A stretch of DNA of 64,000 bases from Gemmatales bacterium (GTDB taxonomy: Bacteria; Planctomycetota; Planctomycetia; Gemmatales; HRBIN36). The translations under genes were made by a program, and so were the position numbers. This document shows positions 1-9,661 of the stretch, piece by piece; the first letter of the stretch is position 1; every line of letters begins with the position of its first letter. The stretch is taken from the NCBI GenBank assembly GCA_035430005.1, contig DAOMFV010000009.1, positions 40 to 64,039 on the forward strand. Direction: 5' to 3'. Below the pieces are notes generated by a model that saw only the letters and a list, made by a program, of their open reading frames with translations, did no database searches and had not been told where the DNA came from.

Positions 1-1
1 A

Positions 2-949
2 AAGACCGTGCATGAAGTAACCCTCAAAGACCTCAAGCCCAGCAGCAAGTATCTTTATCGAGTGATCACTCGAACTGATGATGGCGCCATCCTGGAAAGC
101 GACATCTTCACCTTGATGACAGCGGTACGGCCCGATGAGGCATGGTCCTTCACAGTGGTGGGCGATACCCAGCGCAACCCTGTAATAACCGGGCGCATCG
201 CCAAACAGATGTGGGAACGCCGACCTAACTTTGTCCTGCATTGTGGGGATGTTGTCGATGAAGGCCCTGACAAGAAACAATGGACCGACGACCTGTTCAC
301 TCCCTCCGAGATGCTCTTTCGCCGCGTGGCGGTGCTGCCCACGATCGGCAACCACGAGAAGAACCACGAACACTATTATCGCTACTTCAGCGTCCCCGCC
401 CCGAAGTACTACTACCGCTTCCGCTATGGCAACGCTGACTTCTTCGCCATCGACAGTAACAAGATTCGTGACCTCTCACCCAAAGGTGAGCAATATCAAT
501 GGCTTGATAAAGAACTGGCCAAGTCAGATGCGACCTGGAAGATCGTCTTTCACCATCACCCTGCCTACTCTTCTGACGATGACGACTTTGGCTACTCCTG
601 GTATGGCCGCAATGGCGATGGCGAGCCGAGAGTGCAGCAGCATTTCATCGGCCTCTATGAGAAGCACAAGGTTGACCTGGTCTTCAATGGCCATGTGCAT
701 GTCTACGAACGCACCTGGCCGGTGCGGGGAAAGAAAGTCGATCACGTCAATGGCACCATCTACATCACCAGCGGTGGTGGTGGTGGCACGCTGGAAGACT
801 TCAGCCCTACGCCCCACTGGTTCAAGGCTGAACAGCGTTCCGTCTATCACTACTGCTACCTGACCGTCCACGAGGCCAGGCTGAACTTCAAAGCTTTTGA
901 TGTGGACGGAAGGTTGTTTGACTCAATGACGTTGGATAAGAAGCGGTAG
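2..949 (+). CDS. Metallophosphoesterase, purple-acid-phosphatase-like (5' end cut by window edge)
   Basis: The frame of ORF 8..949 stays open back to base 2. Metal-ligand blocks are present: GDTQ, GDVVDEG, GNHE, HHHPAYSS, GHVHVYER. The first ~50 aa look like the tail of the N-terminal Fn3-like PAP domain, so the true start lies upstream of the window. Confidence 0.8.
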   Translation, partial: KTVHEVTLKDLKPSSKYLYRVITRTDDGAILESDIFTLMTAVRPDEAWSFTVVGDTQRNPVITGRIAKQMWERRPNFVLHCGDVVDEGPDKKQWTDDLFTPSEMLFRRVAVLPTIGNHEKNHEHYYRYFSVPAPKYYYRFRYGNADFFAIDSNKIRDLSPKGEQYQWLDKELAKSDATWKIVFHHHPAYSSDDDDFGYSWYGRNGDGEPRVQQHFIGLYEKHKVDLVFNGHVHVYERTWPVRGKKVDHVNGTIYITSGGGGGTLEDFSPTPHWFKAEQRSVYHYCYLTVHEARLNFKAFDVDGRLFDSMTLDKKR

Positions 950-954
950 GCTGC

Positions 955-3900
955 TCAATTCGACTTATCCTGAGCCTCCACCATCCCCTGCTGAATCTCC
1001 TGCGTCATGGTCCGCTGAACGTCTGCAGGCAGCGAAGACTTAGGCAACAGGCTCCGGGCAGCCTGATAGGTCACCATGGCACTCTTACCATCGCCGGCAG
1101 CCAGATAGGCTTGGGCCAGGTAAAGAGCGACTCGTGGTTCCTCGGCATAGCGGCGACGGGCTGCTTCAAACGTTTGAATGCGTTCCTGCACCAGATCAGT
1201 CTGGGCCAGTTTGCTATAGACAATTCCCAGAGTATCGAGCATTTCGATAGGTAACATGTCGCCAGTCATCGGCCGGGTATAGAACTTGGCGGCACGCACT
1301 TCCTGCATGATGCGATAGGCTTCCGTAGGATCATTCAGTTCTGTAGCCAGCAGCGTTGCGAGCTTATTGCCTGAGACCATCTGTCCCTGCTGCCGACGAT
1401 AGACTTTCGAATATGATGCAGCCGCCTGCTGAGCCAGGCCTCGCCGTGTTTCGGAACGGGCAGGCTGGCTACGCATTTGATCGACGAGCATATCGCCCAG
1501 GAGCATTTGTGCTCCTTCATGATCGGGATACAGTTCCAACGCCCGCTTCACCCAAATGGATGCTTCAGAGGCCTGTTTCGACTGGACGAGAGCCTGAGCA
1601 AGCAGGCTTAGCGTATCAGCTTTTCTGACAGCCAGTTGTTGCTGCTTCTCTGTCGAGACTGTTTGAATCGGCGAATCGCCCATTATTTTAGATTCGATCG
1701 AACTCAAAGTTCGGTCAGCTTCCGCACGGCTATCGGCAAGTTTGTTTTGACTGGCAAGAAGTTGAACTTCCATCTGCGTCGCTCGCACATCCTCCGGCAA
1801 CGCAGCCTTCCAGCGATTGATCACTTGCTGGCAGGCAGCCAAGGATTCCACCGAAGTTGAGGTCAAAAGCAACTGACACGTGGCTGGGTAGACACCAGGG
1901 TGCCTGGGCATCTTTTCCATCAACTCACGATAGAGTGCCAGGGCATCGTTCGCTCGGCCAATTTGATCATGACAACGAGCCTGCCAGTAGAGGGCTTCCT
2001 TCGACTGAGGAAGGTTGGTGCGATAGGCGCTGGCGAGCTGCTGAGCTTGCTCAATGCCTGTGTTGTCGTTCTTGTCCAGTAACATGTTGATGGCCAGCAC
2101 ATAGGCTGCTTCGTGCCTGGGATTCAACTCCAGGGTACGCAACACATGAAAGAGCGCCAGATCACGGCGTGGCGAAATGCGCCAGCATTGTGCCTCAACC
2201 CAGGCGGCATAGGCAGGGTCTCGATGCTCTTGCACACAAGCTGCTTCAAACGCCTTGAGGGCAGTGGCCATATCTTTGACTTGATCGCCGGCATCTGTTG
2301 GGTTGCCTATCTCACCGATCCGCATAGAGGCATAAGCATAGCCAAGAAGCAGACTCAGATCGCTGGTGTATTGCTGCAACAATTCAGCCGCGAACTTGCG
2401 TGCTTCGGCAGGCTGCTGATCAGACCAGGCGATCAAGGCTTCCAGTAATCCCTGCCGCACCAGAGGCCGAACACGGGAATACTCGAGGCAGTTAGCGAAC
2501 TGACGACAAGCTTCGGCATGATCTCCCTTGGCCAGGGCAATAGCTGCCGACCAGGTACGGAACAGGCCAGAGTCCTGCTGCTGCTCCAGTGAAGAAACGG
2601 GTGCATTCGGTTGCTCACTCAGTGAATGAGCTGTTTGTAGAAGAGCCACTTCAATTTGCGGATTGACGGGCAAGATCTTAAGCATCTCGTTCTTTTGCTC
2701 TCGCTGGCTGACATAAAGATAGGCCAAGGCACGAAGACGCCGGGCAACCACATCGTTTGAAGCATCGCCAAGGAAGACTTTGTCATCGATTAGTTTCTGC
2801 ATCATTTCTACACGGCCGGTTGTAGCCAGCCACTTGAGCCAGATCAGCTTGCCGCCAGGCTGTGCCTGTGTTCGAGCGAGATATTGCTCGATCAGCTCAT
2901 CGACTTTCTTCTGAACTTCCGGCGGTGTTGTAGAACCGGGTTGCGCCTCATCAGGCTGCGATTGATGGAGTACCAACCCAATCTGCAGCCGTAGTGTGTC
3001 GAGCCATTCGGCATGTTCAATGCCCAGGGATGTTACCAGAGGCTCGGCTTCCTTCAGACGATCCCACTGCATGAGATACTGTGCCCACGCCACTTGTATG
3101 CGACCTGCGATGACGGGATTCTTGCTTCCTTGTTCAATCAGTTGCTTTACCTGTGCCTCATGATGAACCAGGGCGGACTGTTGCTGCCTGGCAAGACCGG
3201 CATCTGTCTTGATTAAATATTGCGCTTGATTGGCAGCCAGCAGATGAGCTTGCATGCGCTGGACGAGAAGATCATCGGGCTTGCGGACCATACCATTCGT
3301 TCGGCTCTGTTCCTCCGGGTTAAAAGCATCCTGAAGTGCAATAATTCGAGTGAGGTCTCTGATGGCGGTCAGCGCCTGGTCAGGCATTTCCAGTGTGAGA
3401 TAGATGGGGATCAACTTCGTCAGCGCTTTACGGGCAAGATCATTTCGGCTTGATCTCGTCGCTCTTTCCAATTGACCACGGGCAAACTGCAAACGTCCAG
3501 CCCGTTCTGCGAGGGTGCCTTCGTAATAGGCTGCGGCGGCCAGGGCGCTCTCCTGCTTACTAAACGTTAGAGCATCCAAATGTGGCTGGTATGTTGATAG
3601 TGGGGCCTCCTGTCTGTTAAGCAAACGCAGCTTGGCTTCGTGCATATTCAGGACGGCCTGCGTAATGACTTTGCTAACATCAGCCGCCTTTAACCCATCG
3701 TCGAGCCACTGTACGGCATCGGCGTACCTCATCTTCGCCGATTCAACGGCAAGGCGTTGCTCTTGCCATTGGCCATCACGAGAGAGCAGATCGGCCATTC
3801 GCAGAGGCAGGGTCTGGCCGATACGATCTTCTAAACGTGCCAGCTTACCCAGTTCAATCACCTGGTCTCGATAACTTGACCAGATTTCGGGCCGCTGGGC

Positions 3901-5118
3901 AATCATGCAGGACATAGTCTTCAAGCAGGCTTGGGTCAGGAACTCTGCTGCTTCTGTTGCACGCCGATTTTTCTTTGTCTTAGTCGCCAGAAACAAACAG
4001 GCATCCATGATGCGCTGCATCTGTTCGAGATATGGTTGCTGTGCCTCTGCCAGTTCAGTATTCCTACCGGCACGACGTGCGTCCTCAATGGACAGATCGA
4101 GGGCCATTTGGTGCAGCTGATACAGTCCCTGCAAATCGAGCCGACTGATCCCCTCAAGACTGGCCTGTTTCTGAGCCATGTTAATGGCGCCCTGTTCAGC
4201 ATCGAAGAGCAGGGCACGAAGTCGAACATTGGCTTCACGTTCAGCGTCGGGCTTCAGTTGCCCGGGCTGTCGATAATTCTGAATCAGCCAGGAATTCATC
4301 TGTCCTTCGAGGCAGACGGTTCGCCATCGTAACCGGGTCTCTTTGGCTTTGAGCTTACTGACGAACTCCAGCCCCTTCATCATGCGGTCCTTACTTCGCT
4401 TGGCCATCGGCATCGGCAAAGTAGCCTTGCCCGAATCGCCTTTGACGGCGATCGGTTGTTCGTACTCAAGTCTGGCCAGAAGATAAAGCGCACGTTCATC
4501 GTTCGGATCAAGCTCAGCTAATGTTGTGGCAAAAGCATGCACATGATTCCACTGCATCGGGTCAAATTGAATCTCAGCGGCGACAGCCTCACGCAACACC
4601 TCAACGTTGCCTGGCAGGCGATAGGCAGCCTCACGAAGGCAACTCACTGCTTCACGTCGGCTTTCTTCATCAGGAAGGCGCAGCGCAGAGAGTTTCTGAA
4701 TCACCTGATCCGAAGTTCCTTCCTCCTGTCCTTCAAAAGTGGGTAGAGGCTTGTTGTCGACTAGCTGCTTGGTGAATCCCCGTGCCTTCACAGCCCGATG
4801 CTTGATCCAGTAAGCCTGTCCGATATATCTCTGCTCTTTCTCGAACTGTTCCTGGGGCTTGGGCTCACTTTCGGGCTCTTCAAACTCCTGCAGCAGATTC
4901 TCTGCGGAAAGGATTGCTTCGTGGAAGTAGACGATCGCCTTTTCCAGGCGATTGTCACGCACCGCAACAAGCCCGGCTTGATACGACGACTCGCCACTAG
5001 AGAGATACTTTGTGACGCCACGCCCATAATAAAGAAATCCCGCCACGATACAGCCGAGCAGGAGGCCCACGAGCAAACTGGCTAAGGTAATCGAAACCCA
5101 ACGGGTGCTGCGACGCAT
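955..5118 (-). CDS. Giant membrane-anchored TPR-repeat protein (1387 aa)
   Basis: Uninterrupted 1387-aa ORF. It has an N-terminal hydrophobic helix (WVSITLASLLVGLLLGCIVAGFLYY). More than 1300 aa of Ala/Leu/Tyr-rich helical-hairpin repeats follow (e.g. ALYLAQAYLAAGDGKSAMVTYQAA, WVKRALELYPDHEGAQMLLGDML). No catalytic motif seen. Confidence 0.75.
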   Translation of the reverse strand: MRRSTRWVSITLASLLVGLLLGCIVAGFLYYGRGVTKYLSSGESSYQAGLVAVRDNRLEKAIVYFHEAILSAENLLQEFEEPESEPKPQEQFEKEQRYIGQAYWIKHRAVKARGFTKQLVDNKPLPTFEGQEEGTSDQVIQKLSALRLPDEESRREAVSCLREAAYRLPGNVEVLREAVAAEIQFDPMQWNHVHAFATTLAELDPNDERALYLLARLEYEQPIAVKGDSGKATLPMPMAKRSKDRMMKGLEFVSKLKAKETRLRWRTVCLEGQMNSWLIQNYRQPGQLKPDAEREANVRLRALLFDAEQGAINMAQKQASLEGISRLDLQGLYQLHQMALDLSIEDARRAGRNTELAEAQQPYLEQMQRIMDACLFLATKTKKNRRATEAAEFLTQACLKTMSCMIAQRPEIWSSYRDQVIELGKLARLEDRIGQTLPLRMADLLSRDGQWQEQRLAVESAKMRYADAVQWLDDGLKAADVSKVITQAVLNMHEAKLRLLNRQEAPLSTYQPHLDALTFSKQESALAAAAYYEGTLAERAGRLQFARGQLERATRSSRNDLARKALTKLIPIYLTLEMPDQALTAIRDLTRIIALQDAFNPEEQSRTNGMVRKPDDLLVQRMQAHLLAANQAQYLIKTDAGLARQQQSALVHHEAQVKQLIEQGSKNPVIAGRIQVAWAQYLMQWDRLKEAEPLVTSLGIEHAEWLDTLRLQIGLVLHQSQPDEAQPGSTTPPEVQKKVDELIEQYLARTQAQPGGKLIWLKWLATTGRVEMMQKLIDDKVFLGDASNDVVARRLRALAYLYVSQREQKNEMLKILPVNPQIEVALLQTAHSLSEQPNAPVSSLEQQQDSGLFRTWSAAIALAKGDHAEACRQFANCLEYSRVRPLVRQGLLEALIAWSDQQPAEARKFAAELLQQYTSDLSLLLGYAYASMRIGEIGNPTDAGDQVKDMATALKAFEAACVQEHRDPAYAAWVEAQCWRISPRRDLALFHVLRTLELNPRHEAAYVLAINMLLDKNDNTGIEQAQQLASAYRTNLPQSKEALYWQARCHDQIGRANDALALYRELMEKMPRHPGVYPATCQLLLTSTSVESLAACQQVINRWKAALPEDVRATQMEVQLLASQNKLADSRAEADRTLSSIESKIMGDSPIQTVSTEKQQQLAVRKADTLSLLAQALVQSKQASEASIWVKRALELYPDHEGAQMLLGDMLVDQMRSQPARSETRRGLAQQAAASYSKVYRRQQGQMVSGNKLATLLATELNDPTEAYRIMQEVRAAKFYTRPMTGDMLPIEMLDTLGIVYSKLAQTDLVQERIQTFEAARRRYAEEPRVALYLAQAYLAAGDGKSAMVTYQAARSLLPKSSLPADVQRTMTQEIQQGMVEAQDKSN

Positions 5119-5211
5119 GAGATCCTTCTCCGTCGTGGTCGTCCATGATGCAATCTATTGACACTTATCCTAACGAATCAAAGTAGCGTTGGGAAGCACA
5201 ACCGGACAAAA

Positions 5212-5859
5212 CTAACTGAATGTTTTTCGAGCGAGAGAATGCTCCCAGACGTCATCATGAGGTTGGTATTGCAGATCGAGTTGACTGACGTTTGCCACCA
5301 GTGTTTGACCAATACGATATTCGCCTCGTGCTTCGTGGATGTGGCCACACAGCACTAGTTGTGGTTGCTGTTCTTGAATACGCCGTGTCAGGCTGGGGCT
5401 GCCGGTGTGCTCATCCTGTGAATTGCGATCACCGAAACCCTGTGGCGGGCCATGGAGCAGAAGAATATCGGTCCTCTTCGGAATCATCCACCACTTCTGC
5501 TCTAACTGCTTCTCTTCGAGATTGAACGCCCAATCATAGAAGACCGGTTGCCAGGGTGTGCCCCAGATATGAAGCCCGAACAGTTCGATGCCAGTATCTT
5601 GCAAATAGTGCCAGGGCAGGGTGGGGATCAAGTCAGGACGATTCTGAAAGACAAAGTCATGATTGCCGGCCACTCCAACGATCTCTTTCGCAGGCGTCTC
5701 CTTCAGCCAACGGCGGAAGGCGGTATCAAGCCAGATCGCCTGTTTCAGTTCACTACCATCCGGACATAGATCGCCGGCCAGCAACAACAGATCGCATTCA
5801 GGAATCTCCGGCAAATGGCTATGCAGATCGCTGCTGGCCACGATTTTGATCGTGTTCAT
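5212..5859 (-). CDS. Metallophosphoesterase family protein
   Basis: 215-aa ORF with the blocks SSDLHSH, LLLAGDL, GNHDF, LLLHGPP and CGHIHEARG, typical of the calcineurin-like phosphoesterase fold. Confidence 0.75.
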   Translation of the reverse strand: MNTIKIVASSDLHSHLPEIPECDLLLLAGDLCPDGSELKQAIWLDTAFRRWLKETPAKEIVGVAGNHDFVFQNRPDLIPTLPWHYLQDTGIELFGLHIWGTPWQPVFYDWAFNLEEKQLEQKWWMIPKRTDILLLHGPPQGFGDRNSQDEHTGSPSLTRRIQEQQPQLVLCGHIHEARGEYRIGQTLVANVSQLDLQYQPHDDVWEHSLARKTFS

Positions 5860-5865
5860 GACGAA

Positions 5866-6537
5866 TCAGTTCTTTAGCTTGTCCTTGAAGACCTCTTTGA
5901 ACTTGTTCAGTTTCGGCTGGATGACAGCGCGACAGTAGCCTGCATTGGTGTTGTCGTTGTAATAGTTCTGGTGATACTTCTCAGCAGGGTAGAATTCGCC
6001 GAAAGCAGTGACTTCAGTCACGATGGGCCGACTATACACTTCTGCTTTGTTGAGTTTGTCCTTGTACTCTTCCGCCACCTTTTTCTGCTCCGCATCATGA
6101 TAAAAGATGGCTGATCGATATTGCGTCCCGTAGTCATTGCCTTGCTGATTCAGGGTCGTCGGATCATGGGTTTTCCAGAAGACTTCGAGAAGATCCTTGA
6201 AACTGATCGCCTTGGGATCGAAAACCACCTGGATGACTTCAGCATGTCCGGTATCGCCTGAGCAGACCTGTTCGTAGGTGGGATTCTTCACCTTTCCACC
6301 GCTGTACCCCGAAGTAACGCCTTGCACCCCCCTCAACTGTTGAAATACTGCTTCCGTACACCAGAAACAGCCGGTACCGAACGTGGCTGTCGCTAAGGCC
6401 TGATTTTCCAAAGTTGGCGAAGTTACCGATGAAGGGGGCACGGATGTTGGTTTCATATCTTTCATACCTCGATAGACAATAACAACGCCGGCTGCCAAAA
6501 CGGCTATGAGAAGGTAAGGTAGCAAGGGATTTTTCAT
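5866..6537 (-). CDS. msrA: Peptide-methionine (S)-S-oxide reductase MsrA, membrane-anchored or exported
   Basis: Carries the MsrA active-site motif GCFWCTEAVF and conserved downstream blocks (GHAEVIQVVFDP, YHQNYY). An N-terminal hydrophobic segment (LLPYLLIAVLAAGVVIVY) is present. The stop lies 6 nt before the start of the downstream phosphoesterase gene. Confidence 0.9.
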   Translation of the reverse strand: MKNPLLPYLLIAVLAAGVVIVYRGMKDMKPTSVPPSSVTSPTLENQALATATFGTGCFWCTEAVFQQLRGVQGVTSGYSGGKVKNPTYEQVCSGDTGHAEVIQVVFDPKAISFKDLLEVFWKTHDPTTLNQQGNDYGTQYRSAIFYHDAEQKKVAEEYKDKLNKAEVYSRPIVTEVTAFGEFYPAEKYHQNYYNDNTNAGYCRAVIQPKLNKFKEVFKDKLKN

Positions 6538-6727
6538 TGTTAGCCTGGCAAGAAGTAGGGAATGTGCTGTCCGTATTAGTTTATGGTTCTCTGAGAGTCC
6601 AAGCTCGGATGCGAGCGCAATTTTGTTCTGATGACAATATACATCGGTGTGCTATTGAGTCTATATTCTGTCTCTCACCAGGACAGATGCGGTTTTCACT
6701 GGACTAACGTGAAAAATCCCGCTAAGT

Positions 6728-9661
6728 TTGAGTGGTATTGCGCCCAGGGAAGCACAGCCGACCCTACACAACATGCCTGCAACTATTGGTAATTCACCTG
6801 CAATGCAAGAGAAAGGTCCGGGCTACCTCCGTGAGCCTGGAGCACATCCAATTGCTGGGTATCGTCTGCTGAATCCACTCGGTCGTGGCGGCTTCGGTGA
6901 GGTATGGAAATGCGAAGCTCCGGGCGGTATCCAGAAAGCTATCAAATTCATTCGTGGTAACTGCACCAACCCCAGCGCGAATCAACAGCAAGCTGCGCAG
7001 GAATACCGTGCCCTGAAACGCGTCGTCGCCATCCGTCATCCTTTTATCCTGCAAATGGATCGCATTGAAGAGATCGATGGCGAACTGATGATCGTAATGG
7101 AATTAGCTGATCGCACCCTCCATGAACTGCTCGAAAGTTATCGCCAGTCAGGCTACTCGGGAATTCCCCGTGATGAACTGCTCAGCTACATGGCTGAAGC
7201 AGCCGAAGCGCTTGATCACATGAATCAGCAGCATGGCCTGATGCATCTTGATATCAAGCCTGGCAACCTCTTTCTTATCTCAGGCCACGTCAAGGTCGCT
7301 GATTTCGGTCTGGTCACCGATCTGGGTCACTTGAACGATGGCACTCAAACAGTCACCCAGGCCAGCGAACAACTGACGGGCATCACTCCGCTCTACGTCG
7401 CACCGGAAACCTTGCAAGGCCGGATTCACACCGCCAGCGATCAATACTCGCTTGCCATCGTCTACCAGGAATTGCTTACCGGCATTCTTCCGTACAGCGG
7501 CAAGAACCCCCGGCAACTGGCCATGCAGCACATGATGGCCGAGCCCAATCTACAATCGCTGCCACCGGTTGATGCCCCGGTCATTGCCAGAGCGCTCAGT
7601 AAAGACCCCAGCAAACGTTTCGATTCGTGCCTGGGTTTCCTGCATGCACTCGTATCTGGTGACGTAAACAACTCGCAAAAAGGGGAACTGCGATCATCCC
7701 GAATCATCCGTAAGCTTCAAGGACTGGATACCGCAAAAGAAATCAGCTTATCATCTACCGACTTCTCTCACCAGGAGCAGATGGCGACAATAAAGGCCCC
7801 TCGCCCCGGCCCGACGTATCAGCCTGCACAAAATTATCAGCCAGTTCCCTTACGACCATCGAATGTCGTTCCACCATCATCGGTGCCGCCGCCAACCATT
7901 CCCCGAAATGCCATTTCCCGTTCGCCGACGTTGTCGAGAACGAATATCTCTTTACCGGCGATGTCTCCTGGTGTCGATACCGATGCCTTGCCAGGCTTCA
8001 TCTTCAAAGAATGTATTGGTCGAAATCCACTCGGTGAACTTTGGCGTGTAGAAACGTCCGATGGCGATTCCGCCATGGTCAAGATGGTCACAGGTTTTGG
8101 CGGTCAGGAGCCTGACGATGAAGATCGTGCCATCAACTTTTTGCGTTCGGTTAAGCATCCGGGGCTCCTTCCCTACGAGATTATTCAGACGGGTCCTGGT
8201 CGCATCTGTCTTCTCTCCAGTTCCGTGGAAGAAACGCTCTGGGAGCGATTTCAGCAGCATCGCTCCAAACGCATGCAGGGCATACCGCGCTCCGACTTGT
8301 TGCCGCTGCTCAGGCAGGCTGCATCGACGCTGGATGATTTATACCAACGATTCGAACTGCTACACCTGAGCATCAATCCTCGCAACCTTTTGACACCACC
8401 AGACCTGGGACTGCTCATCTCTGACTTTGGTCTGGCACATCTTCTGTGGGCTCCCACGGGACAGCCGTTGGCACAGCTTAATTCACGCTATGGTGCGCCC
8501 GAACTGGCTGAAGGAGTAATTCATCGCTCCTGCGATATCTTCAGTCTGGCTCTGGTTTACCAGGAGTTGGTCATTGGCGTACATCCTCTCCGTGCTCAGA
8601 CAGTGCGCGCCAACAACCGAACGACTTCTTCACGCTCTAATGCCAGTGTCCGAACGGTATCGCCTGACCTGGAACTGCTCCATCCATCCGAGCGGCCCGT
8701 CATGGCCAGGGCCTTTGATGCCGACCCCGATCAGCGATTTCAATCCTGTATGGAGTTGGTCGATGCGCTGGAGCAGTGCATTACCGGTATCTCCACTTAT
8801 AGAGTCAATAAGCCGCAAACTTATGCTTCGCCGCTGACAGGCACTTCGACCGGATCCTGGCTTGAGATCAATTCTCAACACATTGGAAGTATGCCTGCCA
8901 CCCAGGCAGTGTCTGATATCGTAGGCACTATCGTCGCTGCCTGGCCTACAGAAACCGTCAACTCCATTCGCTACATTCACCGTCGAGGCGAAATGATCCA
9001 CCATCGCTGCGGTGCGATGCTGATGTCCGGGCTGGCCCAGACCAAGCTCGACGGATTTCGCCTTGCTATCGGGGCCGAATTGGTGCGTTCGGAAGACAAT
9101 GTTTACGTCTACCGGGTGCCTCGACCCAGTAAGTCCTTTTGGAAGAGCCTTCGCGCTCAGCCGCTGGGGCTCGAAGTTACCCTGCATCTGGTACGCCCCT
9201 TGATTCGCCAGGCCATGCTTACCGATGTAACGGTTCAAGTTCGCCCTTATGGGGCCTCGAATGCGGATGAAGCTGAAGAAATGTTGCGGGAAGCGGGATC
9301 ACGTATCGTCGAAACCCTGCGGACTTTCCTCCAGGCTACCCATGATCGCCGCGCCCAGGAACGCTTTGAGTATAATGTGCCCCTCAAGGTGCATGTCATC
9401 GCCGCTCGTGGCGACCGAGGGACACCAGTGCAATGTCAGGGTAAGGATATCTCCCTGAGCGGCGTTGCCTTCTATTCGCCGGTCGAAATCCGCTCGGGCC
9501 AGATCAAGCTTGAACTGATACACCCCCGTCAACCTGAGCCGGTGGCTGTCATGTCTCAACTGGTTCGCTGCGACCACCATTTCGAGGGTGGTTGGCATGA
9601 AGTGGGTGTTCGATTTGTTTTTGACGCACAGAACATCAAAGCCCCCGGCTACTATCGCTAA
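6728..9661 (+). CDS. Ser/Thr protein kinase - pseudokinase - PilZ domain fusion protein
   Basis: 977-aa ORF. The start is uncertain: TTG at 6728 or ATG at 6773. Domain 1 has GRGGFGEVWK, AIKF, HLDIKPGN, DFG and APE. Domain 2 has a degenerate G-loop and HLSINPRN. The C-terminus has RRAQER followed by DISLSG (PilZ motifs). Confidence 0.85.
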   Translation: MSGIAPREAQPTLHNMPATIGNSPAMQEKGPGYLREPGAHPIAGYRLLNPLGRGGFGEVWKCEAPGGIQKAIKFIRGNCTNPSANQQQAAQEYRALKRVVAIRHPFILQMDRIEEIDGELMIVMELADRTLHELLESYRQSGYSGIPRDELLSYMAEAAEALDHMNQQHGLMHLDIKPGNLFLISGHVKVADFGLVTDLGHLNDGTQTVTQASEQLTGITPLYVAPETLQGRIHTASDQYSLAIVYQELLTGILPYSGKNPRQLAMQHMMAEPNLQSLPPVDAPVIARALSKDPSKRFDSCLGFLHALVSGDVNNSQKGELRSSRIIRKLQGLDTAKEISLSSTDFSHQEQMATIKAPRPGPTYQPAQNYQPVPLRPSNVVPPSSVPPPTIPRNAISRSPTLSRTNISLPAMSPGVDTDALPGFIFKECIGRNPLGELWRVETSDGDSAMVKMVTGFGGQEPDDEDRAINFLRSVKHPGLLPYEIIQTGPGRICLLSSSVEETLWERFQQHRSKRMQGIPRSDLLPLLRQAASTLDDLYQRFELLHLSINPRNLLTPPDLGLLISDFGLAHLLWAPTGQPLAQLNSRYGAPELAEGVIHRSCDIFSLALVYQELVIGVHPLRAQTVRANNRTTSSRSNASVRTVSPDLELLHPSERPVMARAFDADPDQRFQSCMELVDALEQCITGISTYRVNKPQTYASPLTGTSTGSWLEINSQHIGSMPATQAVSDIVGTIVAAWPTETVNSIRYIHRRGEMIHHRCGAMLMSGLAQTKLDGFRLAIGAELVRSEDNVYVYRVPRPSKSFWKSLRAQPLGLEVTLHLVRPLIRQAMLTDVTVQVRPYGASNADEAEEMLREAGSRIVETLRTFLQATHDRRAQERFEYNVPLKVHVIAARGDRGTPVQCQGKDISLSGVAFYSPVEIRSGQIKLELIHPRQPEPVAVMSQLVRCDHHFEGGWHEVGVRFVFDAQNIKAPGYYR
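7997..8780 (+). other. Second, catalytically degenerate kinase-like domain (pseudokinase) inside CDS 6728..9661
   Basis: The catalytic loop reads HLSINPRN (8363..8386) instead of H(R/L)DxKPxN. The G-loop is GRNPLGELW. DFG (ISDFG) and APE (GAPE) are retained. Domain limits are approximate. Confidence 0.6.
9341..9658 (+). other. PilZ (c-di-GMP binding) domain at the C-terminus of CDS 6728..9661
   Basis: RRAQER matches RRxxxR. DISLSG, 27 residues later, matches (D/N)xSxxG. The segment length (~106 aa) fits a PilZ barrel. Confidence 0.7.
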
